This document shows positions 1 to 7,440 of a stretch of 24,000 nt of DNA, piece by piece. Each line of letters begins with the position of its first letter. Position 1 is the stretch's first letter. The notes beneath the pieces were generated by a model. The model was not told the DNA's origin. It made no database searches and saw only the letters and a program-made list of their open reading frames with translations. Made by a program: the position numbers and the translations under genes. The stretch lies in assembly GCA_046350695.1 (NCBI GenBank), contig JAXLZX010000002.1, positions 109,070 through 133,069 on the forward strand, written 5' to 3'. Source of the DNA: Candidatus Saccharimonadales bacterium. Lineage in GTDB: Bacteria; Patescibacteriota; Saccharimonadia; Saccharimonadales; JACQNP01.

Positions 1-65
1 ACGAAAAGTTAGACTTTTTAGCGGTAAATCCGTTAGACGTACTGAAGTAACAGTAGAATAAATAT

Positions 66-1517
66 CTACAAACTTTTCATTGTTTCAATATATTGTGCGC
101 CAAAAGCATCTTCAGCAGTGTTATCATCCATCGCAAACATCGTTATTCTAAGCATGGCGTATCCGCCATCTCCTTGTCTACTAAATATTGCACCTGGTTG
201 AACTGTAACACCATTAAACACTAATGCTTCACGATTAATATATGTTTGACTACCAATGGTCTTAGTGTGAAATTCCAAACCATGAATATTTACAGTCTTT
301 CTCTTCCCCTCTTGAGCTGCAGCCAAATAATACCCTTCTGCATCCTTGCATGAACCGCTCTTCATACTAACCCTTTCTCTGGTCACTGGAATAGCAGAAA
401 ATATATCCTCAGTCTGGGCTTTCTCTCTTACGTTCAACTGCTTCACTAAATCAAGTACTAACATTGCAGACCTTGACTCGTTAGGTAAGTCACTCGCTGT
501 AATCTTGGCTATTGAGTCTCGTATTTTAACCTCATCACCATTAAACAAAGAAGTTATAGACCTCGAATCATCGTTGACAATTTTAGCAAGCTCTCGGGTC
601 AATTCTGCATATCCATGTCCATATCTTTTTTCGTTAATCTCGGCAAATATCTCCTTTACATCCTCACTCATAACTAGTCCTGCCATACTAAATGCGCTCA
701 GTAAATCATTGCCAGTACTGGAATCAATAAATGGATTAGCCAGAATATTACCCGCATATGTTTTCTCTAAAAATTCTTTATCCGCATCTATCTCTATTCC
801 AATATTCCAATCAACTGAATCTAGATTTTGCTCATCTGCCTGCACAACACTCTGCAGCATAAAGCTCACGCCTTTCATATCTACACTAGGCATAATTATT
901 CGAAGTCTACCATCTTCTAAATATTCTGACCTAGCTCCAGATTCACCTTTGCTGCATGTAATCGCCTTTCTTAATAACTCAGTCGTTTGACTCTGGGCGT
1001 CATTATTTTTACCTGGATTACCTGACAACATAAATGTTAACAGAAAATCGGCATCTGCAATTTCACCAGTTTTTTCATAGAACCTGAACGAGCTACTACT
1101 AAATATAGTTTGATTGTCAAAGCTTGCTTGACTCGTAACTTCGTCGACAGCCTTCTGATATCTTTGGTAGTCCTGATCTGTTTCTAATGCCGTCTCTAAC
1201 TCAGAGACTGTAACATGATTAAGCTTACTAACTCCTACACTAGTGACAGTATTACTCCCGGACTCATCAATACTGACTAAGCCAGCATTAATTATAGGAT
1301 CTATCCTCAGTCTATCTCCTGAATACCCTCTATTAATACTTACTTCAAAACCACTAGATAAATCCCTAACAAAATTAGAACCATCAAAATCTCTAGGTAC
1401 GACATTAGATAAATAACCTGCAACCCTGCGTTCTGCATGCTGCATTCTTAGCTCATATAGTTCCGTATACAGACTCTCTAACTGCTGTTGCTCAGGTACT
1501 ATACAGACTTCAGACAT
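66..1517 (-). CDS. Hypothetical protein of about 483 aa; acidic, soluble, no recognisable domain. Downstream partner of the Fic/Doc-like gene.
   Basis: Long uninterrupted minus-strand ORF (track 66..1550, with GTG at 1550). I prefer the ATG at 1517 (MSEVCIV...), which lies 7 nt after the TAG stop (1525-1527) of the upstream gene. The GTG at 1550 would overlap that gene by 26 nt and has no Shine-Dalgarno (SD) sequence at usable spacing. No TM segment, signal peptide, Walker A or obvious nuclease motif seen by eye. Confidence 0.6.
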   Translation of the reverse strand: MSEVCIVPEQQQLESLYTELYELRMQHAERRVAGYLSNVVPRDFDGSNFVRDLSSGFEVSINRGYSGDRLRIDPIINAGLVSIDESGSNTVTSVGVSKLNHVTVSELETALETDQDYQRYQKAVDEVTSQASFDNQTIFSSSSFRFYEKTGEIADADFLLTFMLSGNPGKNNDAQSQTTELLRKAITCSKGESGARSEYLEDGRLRIIMPSVDMKGVSFMLQSVVQADEQNLDSVDWNIGIEIDADKEFLEKTYAGNILANPFIDSSTGNDLLSAFSMAGLVMSEDVKEIFAEINEKRYGHGYAELTRELAKIVNDDSRSITSLFNGDEVKIRDSIAKITASDLPNESRSAMLVLDLVKQLNVREKAQTEDIFSAIPVTRERVSMKSGSCKDAEGYYLAAAQEGKRKTVNIHGLEFHTKTIGSQTYINREALVFNGVTVQPGAIFSRQGDGGYAMLRITMFAMDDNTAEDAFGAQYIETMKSL

Positions 1518-1524
1518 AGCAATT

Positions 1525-2649
1525 CTAGTACTCCCTTGAAAAATCCGCACGATACAACTGGTTGTCCTTTATTGGATTACCATCATCACCATAAATAGTC
1601 CACAGTGGTTTATCGCCTGCTGTTGATTCGATCACTCTATTAAAATATTCAGCTTTTTCTTCTGCGTCTCTTGTAATTATTTCTAGGGCTTTATCATCAT
1701 CGACAGTCTCAAGCAAGGCATGCAGCGAACTCTTAATACCGTCTGAGTCTCCCCTGCTTGCTGCATCTAAGATACCTGGGGCATCTCCATACCTACAAGC
1801 ATACATAGGGCCAAATCCATTTTGCTGCATAATCTTAATAAATTTCTGCTTTAAATCAGAATCCGATATACCAGAAATTTTGTCAACCATTTCCGCTCGA
1901 TTAACTACATCGTCACCCCAGTATGCAATCAGCGTACCCATAGCTTTACGATTTTGTTTTTCTGTCTTTTCCTGGACGAACGAACTTACATAAGACCTAT
2001 CTGCATAATACATAGAGTTTCGCGCTTCTGGAGTAAAGCCTAAGACCCGTCTCATTGCAGCTTGATCATAGTGATTTGAAGTGTCGATGCCATACTTTAT
2101 CAGTTGATATACCGCCCTGGCAGTTCGCTTATTTCCGTCCTTGAAGGCCTGCATACCCACAATAATATTAGCCATGAGCTGACCCGCTTTACCAAGTTGA
2201 CCTTCAGCTGCAAATTTCTTAGTTACCTCTAATGCATTCGAAAATACTTCACCCCTTTTCTCTGGGCTTAGACCAACAAAACCTGCTACATATTCATCAC
2301 CCTGACCATGACCTAATACAACCTCTTCTTCGCTAACGTTTGAATCTTCTACGCCAAATAGTTTCATATTAACAAATGCAATGGCTACTGCTGCCTCGGC
2401 TTCATTTGCACTAGTAATCATTTCGCTACGTTTCTCTGGATCGCTCAGTATTTGATTGGGGTCGAGTTCTTTAAGTGCAGTCATAAGATTTGCGACGTCG
2501 CCAAACTCACCTCGTTCACCCGTATATTTCGTACCTTCTATTAGCTCTTGTTGACTCGGGACAGAATCAATAACATACCTAATATCAGGGGTCTGCTGTG
2601 GTAGTTTTGGTATAAAACCTGGCGCTTCGCCAATTAGTGTTTCGGACAT
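1525..2649 (-). CDS. Fic/Doc (Fido) fold domain protein with a degenerate core motif, 374 aa.
   Basis: The central segment LGKAGQLMANIIVGMQAFKDGNKRTARAVYQLIKYG matches the Fic core HxFx(D/E)GNGRxxR and especially the Doc variant HxFx(D/N)(A/G)NKR. The catalytic His position is Gln (CAG). ATG at 2649, TAG stop at 1525. The N- and C-terminal flanks are unassignable by eye. Confidence 0.6.
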   Translation of the reverse strand: MSETLIGEAPGFIPKLPQQTPDIRYVIDSVPSQQELIEGTKYTGERGEFGDVANLMTALKELDPNQILSDPEKRSEMITSANEAEAAVAIAFVNMKLFGVEDSNVSEEEVVLGHGQGDEYVAGFVGLSPEKRGEVFSNALEVTKKFAAEGQLGKAGQLMANIIVGMQAFKDGNKRTARAVYQLIKYGIDTSNHYDQAAMRRVLGFTPEARNSMYYADRSYVSSFVQEKTEKQNRKAMGTLIAYWGDDVVNRAEMVDKISGISDSDLKQKFIKIMQQNGFGPMYACRYGDAPGILDAASRGDSDGIKSSLHALLETVDDDKALEIITRDAEEKAEYFNRVIESTAGDKPLWTIYGDDGNPIKDNQLYRADFSREY

Positions 2650-2677
2650 TTTTTGTTTTTATTTATTAACAGATTAC

Positions 2678-2706
2678 ATTATAGCACAAAATTATGATTT
2701 TGTCTA
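2678..2706 (-). promoter_or_regulatory. Sigma70-type promoter for the Fic/Doc-like operon: TAGACA, 17-nt spacer, TGCTATAAT.
   Basis: On the minus strand the -35 TAGACA is at 2706..2701, the spacer is 17 nt, and the extended -10 TGC-TATAAT has its hexamer at 2683..2678. The predicted transcription start site (TSS) is near 2671, giving an A-rich leader of about 22 nt to the ATG at 2649. Confidence 0.55.
2686..2703. promoter_or_regulatory. Perfect 7-4-7 palindrome ACAAAAT-TATG-ATTTTGT inside the promoter spacer; candidate operator.
   Basis: Left arm 2686-2692 and right arm 2697-2703 are exact reverse complements. The element fills the -35/-10 spacer and overlaps 3 nt of the -35 hexamer. Confidence 0.35.
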
Positions 2707-2734
2707 TTGTTTGTAGTTGTGTTTGTAAAACTTT

Positions 2735-3121
2735 TTATCCTAGGCGAAGTTTGATTCTATCGATCACATCAGCAATAACAACCTGTGATTTTACAAGATA
2801 GTCATCTACGCCAAGCTTTTCGGCCTTTTCTTTGTCAGCTTCTTGGCTCAGTGCTGTCAACATTATGATTTTGACATTTGCTGTCTCTGGGGTATTTCGT
2901 AGAATATCAAGAACATCAAAGCCACTTACCTTAGGCATCATCACATCGAGCAAAATCAAATCCGGCTTATATTCCAACGTAGAGGCTAGGGCATCTTCAC
3001 CATTCGGCACCCTATGAACATTAAAACCCTCAGTTTTTAATCTTGTAATATAAACACTTGCTAAAGCATCATCATCCTCTACGAGTAATATTTTCTTTTG
3101 TTTTGTAGTAGTTTCTTCCAT
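2735..3121 (-). CDS. Single-domain response regulator (CheY-like receiver only), 128 aa.
   Basis: KILLVEDDD acidic pocket, LDVMMP phospho-acceptor Asp context, MLTAL, and the conserved Lys in YLVKS. There is no output domain. ATG at 3121, TAA stop. Confidence 0.85.
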   Translation of the reverse strand: MEETTTKQKKILLVEDDDALASVYITRLKTEGFNVHRVPNGEDALASTLEYKPDLILLDVMMPKVSGFDVLDILRNTPETANVKIIMLTALSQEADKEKAEKLGVDDYLVKSQVVIADVIDRIKLRLG

Positions 3122-3128
3122 AATGCTT

Positions 3129-3156
3129 ATGATACCTCAATTACTTATTTATGCAA
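3129..3156 (-). promoter_or_regulatory. Candidate promoter TTGCAT, 16-nt spacer, TATCAT, then 7 nt to the ATG of the response regulator (leaderless-type).
   Basis: -10 TATCAT at 3134..3129, seven nt from the ATG at 3121. The -35-like TTGCAT at 3156..3151 lies in the 3' end of pyrG. Confidence 0.35.
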
Positions 3157-4749
3157 TAGTGACTCGATAAAGCCAGCGAACATCGGGTGGGGCCGGTTCG
3201 GCCTTGATTTAAATTCTGGATGGAATTGGCTTGCGAGGAAAAAAGGATGATGCCTTGCCTCTATCATTTCCACTAAATTTCCATCAGGGCTTGTACCACT
3301 AGCAATAATTCCCCATTTTTCATATCGGTTCCTGTACTTATTGCTACATTCAAAGCGATGTCTATGTCTCTCAACAATCTTGTTAGTGCCGTAAACTTTT
3401 GCGGCCAGGCTACCTCTGGCAATCTCGCACGGATAATCACCTAGCCTCATTGTTCCGCCAGTATTGACCTTGTCCTCCTGACCAGCCATGGTGTTTATGA
3501 CAAACTCTTTTGAGCCGTCTTCAAGCTCAGGAGTAGATGCAGTATTCACGCCAGCATTCCTCGCGGCGGCAATTACGGCCATTTGTAGCCCGAGACATAA
3601 CCCTAAATATGGAACTTTGTTTTTCAAACAATATTGAGCAACTTTAATCTTGCCATTTAATGCTCTCGAACCGAAACCACCGGGTACAACAATTCCCTGA
3701 CAACCCTCTATCGCTTTCTCTATATCGACAATTTCTGTGTCTAGATTCTCTGCATCAATCCACTTTATTGACAGCTGAACATCTTGCCACCAGGCTGCCG
3801 AACGCAAAGCTTCAAAAACCGACATATAGGTGTCCTGATTCTCCAGATATTTTGCCACAACACCAATAGTAATTTTTTTGTCGTGTCTACTAGTTGCCTT
3901 GTCAACAACGTTACGCCACTGCTTCAGGTTAGGCTTTGAGTCTTTCAATCCAATCTTCTTTGTGATCACACTAGCAATACCCGAGTCCTCGAGCGTCAGT
4001 GGAACCTCATAAATAGACGAAGCGTTTGCCAAAAGTGATATTGCTTCCTCTGACACACCAGAGAACATACTCAGCTTTTTTATTACGTTTTTTGGAGATT
4101 CTTCTTCGCTCCTGACCACCAAAACATCTGGGGTAATACCAAGTCCGCGAAGATCACGAACTGCATTTTGAGCTGGCTTGGTCTTAAATTCGTGACTAGC
4201 ACCCAAATACGGCATGTAAACAACATGTACAAAGGCGCAATTCTCTCGACCGACACTAAATGAGAGCTCCCGAATCGCTTCAATAAAATTTAAACCTTCG
4301 TAATCACCGACTGTTCCACCAATCTCGACAATATGTACATCATATCCTTGCGATACCTTGATAATCTCATCCTGGATCGCTGAAGTAACATGAGGAATAA
4401 ACTGAACTGTTTTGCCTGTATACTTACCTGACCGTTCGTCGTTTATTACCTTAGACAAAACTCGTCCACTCATTAGAGAGCTACCTTGTGTTAACTCTTG
4501 ATCTAAAAATCGTTCGTAGTGCCCAAGGTCCAAATCGGTTTCTGCTCCATCAGCCGTCACAAAGCATTCCCCGTGTTCTGCTGGGTTTAGTAAACCAGCA
4601 TCTACATTAAGATATGGATCACATTTTTGGATATTTACTTTTAACCCACGGGCTTTTAGTAGGTTACCAATCGAGGCGGCGGTAATACCCTTTCCCAATC
4701 CTGAAAGCACTCCACCCGTAACAAACACATACTTAGTAGACTTTGCCAC
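3145..4749 (-). CDS. pyrG: CTP synthase, 534 aa.
   Basis: N-terminal YVFVTGGVLSGLGKG, the GATase Cys in GLCLGLQ, and HRHRFE/FHPEF motifs. Typical length. GTG start at 4749 preceded by AGGGAG. Confidence 0.97.
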   Translation of the reverse strand: MAKSTKYVFVTGGVLSGLGKGITAASIGNLLKARGLKVNIQKCDPYLNVDAGLLNPAEHGECFVTADGAETDLDLGHYERFLDQELTQGSSLMSGRVLSKVINDERSGKYTGKTVQFIPHVTSAIQDEIIKVSQGYDVHIVEIGGTVGDYEGLNFIEAIRELSFSVGRENCAFVHVVYMPYLGASHEFKTKPAQNAVRDLRGLGITPDVLVVRSEEESPKNVIKKLSMFSGVSEEAISLLANASSIYEVPLTLEDSGIASVITKKIGLKDSKPNLKQWRNVVDKATSRHDKKITIGVVAKYLENQDTYMSVFEALRSAAWWQDVQLSIKWIDAENLDTEIVDIEKAIEGCQGIVVPGGFGSRALNGKIKVAQYCLKNKVPYLGLCLGLQMAVIAAARNAGVNTASTPELEDGSKEFVINTMAGQEDKVNTGGTMRLGDYPCEIARGSLAAKVYGTNKIVERHRHRFECSNKYRNRYEKWGIIASGTSPDGNLVEMIEARHHPFFLASQFHPEFKSRPNRPHPMFAGFIESLLHK

Positions 4750-4778
4750 CTACTTAAAACTCCCTGTTTATAGATTAA

Positions 4779-4787
4779 ATACTACCA
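4779..4787 (-). promoter_or_regulatory. Candidate extended -10 (TGGTAGTAT) for pyrG.
   Basis: The minus strand reads TGG-TAGTAT at 4787..4779. This would give a leader of roughly 20-25 nt containing the AGGGAG SD before the GTG at 4749. The -35 is weak. Confidence 0.3.
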
Positions 4788-4940
4788 CAAGAACTTCAGG
4801 TATGGAACTCGGATCTATGTTTTCACAACATAACCTTTAATCGGCTTATCAATTAAAAAATTAAATCAAACGTAATCAACTGTACACCGCAAAGTAACCA
4901 GCACAGTCATCCCAAGATTTCATCTAAGTTGTAATCGGCA

Positions 4941-6161
4941 TTATTTAAGTAATTCTATTGCAGCTTGCTTTTGTGGATCTTGCTTGTCTTTGATGTTTTC
5001 ATCTGTAATTTCGACTTTTTTATCAGGCTCAATACCTTCTTCGTTGATATTCTTACCGTTTGGTGTATACCAACGAGCGACAGTAATCTTGAGAACACCA
5101 CCTTCGTTTAGAGGGCTAACTTGCTGCACACTACCCTTTCCATATGACTTATTACCAACTAACTGCGCCGCTCCATTATCTTTGAGTGCGCCAGCTGTGA
5201 TTTCACTAGCGCTAGCACTTCCCTCATTAATCAAGACTACAGTTGGAATGCCGCCAAGAATATTTGTTCCTGTCGACTTATAGGTTTTAATTGTCTTACC
5301 GCCCCTTTTCTCTTCCAATATCACCTTGTCCTTCGGTAGCCATATACTAGAAACGTCTACCGAAGCATCTAATAAGCCGCCCGGATCATTCCTTAAATCA
5401 ACAATTACACCTTTGACATTTTTACTCTTAAATTCGTTGGCAGCTTTTTGTGACAACGAAGCTGTGTCTTCTGAAAACCGACTTATTTTCATATATCCAA
5501 TATTGTTTTCATCAATTGAATACTCAACGCTTGGTATCGTAATCTGCTGTCTAGTAATATCAAAGTCTAGCTCTTGCTTACCGTCACGCACAACCTTAAT
5601 CTTCACTTTCGTACCCTCTGGCCCGCGAATCTTGGTTACTGCTTCAGACACAGATAGATCTAAAGCACTTTCATCATTAATTTTTACTAGAACATCTTTT
5701 GCACGAATTCCTGCCTTATCAGCAGGAAAACCAGATATAGGTGCCACAATTACAATTGCACCTTTTTCTTCGCCAAGTTCAGCTCCAATCCCACTAAACG
5801 AGCCATCGAGACTACTCTGGAAGTCTTCTGCTTCCTTTGTGTTCATGTATTCGGTATACTGATCGCCTGCCGCCTCTACCAGACCCTTCTTTAAGCCATC
5901 GATTAGTTGATCTTCTTTTAATTCACCATCAAAATCTTGCTTTAGTTTGTCATATATTGCTTCTACTGTTGAATAATTCAAGTTAGCGGGTAAGTTTTTA
6001 TTAGAGCTTGTCTGCTGAAGCTTGAGGTTATCCCCTACATTGATTCTTCCATTACCAATGAATAATCCGAGTAAGAATATAGCTGCAAACCCGAAAATTA
6101 TAAGTGCAGTATTTATACTACTCTTTTTGAACTTCATACCTATATTTGACTTACCCTTCAC
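4941..6161 (-). CDS. ctpA: Carboxy-terminal processing protease, S41 family with PDZ domain and N-terminal membrane anchor, 406 aa.
   Basis: Hydrophobic N-terminal helix, PDZ-like segment (GIGAEL...GFPADKAGI), S41 catalytic region NEGSASASEI and YGKGSVQ. GTG at 6161 is preceded by GGAGGAG. Confidence 0.85.
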   Translation of the reverse strand: MKGKSNIGMKFKKSSINTALIIFGFAAIFLLGLFIGNGRINVGDNLKLQQTSSNKNLPANLNYSTVEAIYDKLKQDFDGELKEDQLIDGLKKGLVEAAGDQYTEYMNTKEAEDFQSSLDGSFSGIGAELGEEKGAIVIVAPISGFPADKAGIRAKDVLVKINDESALDLSVSEAVTKIRGPEGTKVKIKVVRDGKQELDFDITRQQITIPSVEYSIDENNIGYMKISRFSEDTASLSQKAANEFKSKNVKGVIVDLRNDPGGLLDASVDVSSIWLPKDKVILEEKRGGKTIKTYKSTGTNILGGIPTVVLINEGSASASEITAGALKDNGAAQLVGNKSYGKGSVQQVSPLNEGGVLKITVARWYTPNGKNINEEGIEPDKKVEITDENIKDKQDPQKQAAIELLK

Positions 6162-6194
6162 TGCTCCTCCAACTATTTATTGCAACAGTAACTA

Positions 6195-6200
6195 ATTATA
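6195..6200 (-). promoter_or_regulatory. Possible internal -10 box (TATAAT) upstream of ctpA.
   Basis: Exact TATAAT on the minus strand in the 69-nt gap between the CHAP hydrolase gene and ctpA. No good -35. The leader would include the GGAGG SD. Confidence 0.3.
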
Positions 6201-6230
6201 CTGAGATTTAGCTGTAACAAAAATCAGAAT

Positions 6231-7394
6231 TTAATAATTTCTTGTTTGGTAACTAAGTTGACCAGTTAGATATGTATTATACTCAGATGTTGTAAAGGAT
6301 CCGCCCGAAACACTCTCGACATACATAGCATGACCCCAATTACCGGCCGTAGATATGGCCACGTCACCCGCTTGCGGCGTCCTATAAACTGGAATGCCTC
6401 TAGCATATGCAGCCTCTACCCAATCCCTGGCGTTTCCATAGTTTCTTGGGGCGGAACGGCCCGAAGCCTCAACAGCCCAAGCAGCATAGGATACACATTG
6501 TCTGGTGCAATATCCCCAGTCGTCAGGAGAGTCCGGCCATGAATCATTATTTGAACAAGCCCCTAGTTGCATACTAAACCCAGCGTTTGCATAAGGATAG
6601 GCTGTTGGACTAAAGCCCTTTACCGAACCCGGGAAACGTAGAAAATAGTATCCACCGTCTGGGTTAAAGTTGGCCCTTCTCTGCTCGGCAATCAGAGCAT
6701 CAATCTTCGACTGGTTGTTCTTTGTCTTCTCGTTAAACTCTGCTCTCTGGCTTTGATTGTATGACAACATATTGTGTTGTTTTTGCTGATTGGCAGCAAG
6801 TTGGGATTTTTGGGCTTCTTGCTCCTTAAGCAGTTTAGCTACACCCTCTTCCTTCCTAACTAGCTCTGCTCTTAAGATTGCAACCTTATCAAGCGTACCC
6901 TTGATTTTGTCTTTTACTGAATTTCTGTATTGCGCTTTATCAATATAATCACTAAGATCTTTACTGGAAGCCACCATTTCAAGTGTGGAAATATTACCTT
7001 CTAAGTACATCGCCTTAATATTTTGACCTAAAATCTTTTTTTGTTTAGCCAATTCTTCTTCGGCTTCCTTAATCTCACTTGCTAAACGCTGGCGTTCTTT
7101 CGCGTTTTGGTCAATCCTTTGCTGAAGCGCAGTGATTTCAGCCTGCAACTTTGCAATTGCATCCTCATAACTAACAGCTTGATCTTCTAGTCTAGAGATT
7201 TCATTTTTATATTTTGCGTTTTCGTTCTGAAGACTATTTATCTGATCCTGAATGGATTGAGCTAAAGTAGTGTCTATATTTGTAAAGCTCACCACGCTAG
7301 AGACAGCCAAAACCAACCCCGTTAAACCAAGTAATATTCTTCTAGCATTAGTTTTGATTATTTGTTTTATCATATCACCCTTTAACTGTAGCAT
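6231..7394 (-). CDS. PcsB-like secreted cell-wall hydrolase: signal/anchor, long coiled coil and C-terminal CHAP domain, 387 aa.
   Basis: N-terminal hydrophobic segment, then about 200 aa of heptad-like Q/E/K/L-rich sequence. The C-terminal CHAP signature has the Cys in CTRQCVSYAAW and the His in GHAMYVESV. ATG at 7394 is preceded by AAAGGAGG. Confidence 0.75.
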   Translation of the reverse strand: MLQLKGDMIKQIIKTNARRILLGLTGLVLAVSSVVSFTNIDTTLAQSIQDQINSLQNENAKYKNEISRLEDQAVSYEDAIAKLQAEITALQQRIDQNAKERQRLASEIKEAEEELAKQKKILGQNIKAMYLEGNISTLEMVASSKDLSDYIDKAQYRNSVKDKIKGTLDKVAILRAELVRKEEGVAKLLKEQEAQKSQLAANQQKQHNMLSYNQSQRAEFNEKTKNNQSKIDALIAEQRRANFNPDGGYYFLRFPGSVKGFSPTAYPYANAGFSMQLGACSNNDSWPDSPDDWGYCTRQCVSYAAWAVEASGRSAPRNYGNARDWVEAAYARGIPVYRTPQAGDVAISTAGNWGHAMYVESVSGGSFTTSEYNTYLTGQLSYQTRNY

Positions 7395-7440
7395 AAATTG
7401 ACCTCCTTTTCAATAGGCCGAGCATATTAATACTATCGAA

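Noticed and set aside
5-19. Small hairpin AAAAGT-TAG-ACTTTT downstream of the last gene, considered as a possible terminator.
   Set aside because: The stem is 6 bp and entirely AT-rich, with no convincing U-tract on the minus strand. That is too weak to call a rho-independent terminator.
346-990. Plus-strand ORFs of 60-214 aa at 346-990, 2832-3017, 3660-3869, 4984-5283, 5326-5862, 6330-6542, 7712-8023, 10027-10242, 10313-10606, 10830-11027, 11304-11792, 12917-13120, 14218-14409, 14734-14985, 15323-15538, 16781-17059, 17835-18089, 18032-18481, 19032-19229, 19844-20035, 22159-22365, 22408-22665, 22715-23209 and 23447-23662.
   Set aside because: Every one lies antisense to a well-supported minus-strand gene. 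Their products are low-complexity Ser/Leu/Ile-rich shadow translations without start signals, which is typical of antisense-frame artefacts.
1518-1550. GTG at 1550 as the start of the orphan protein, adding 11 residues and a 26-nt overlap with the Fido gene.
   Set aside because: The ATG at 1517 lies 7 nt after the upstream stop and gives a simpler coupled arrangement. The only SD-like AAGGA is about 15 nt from the GTG. The question remains unresolved without experimental data.
2735-3121. REC-only response regulator considered as part of the adjacent Fic/Doc-like system.
   Set aside because: It has its own candidate promoter and stop, and it is separated from the Fido operon by an independent strong promoter. 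Single-domain CheY-like proteins are common. No sequence evidence links them, although testing whether it binds the 2686-2703 palindrome would be cheap.
4083-4283. Minus-strand ORFs nested in alternative frames of pyrG (4083-4283), secA (12742-12957) and serS (15289-15600).
   Set aside because: They lie entirely inside strongly supported conserved genes in a different frame, with no independent start signals or recognisable products.
4866-4910. 14-codon mini-ORF (MTVLVTLRCTVDYV) on the minus strand in the ctpA-pyrG spacer, considered as a leader peptide.
   Set aside because: It has no SD or -10 box at appropriate spacing, is too short to evaluate, and has no associated attenuator hairpin.
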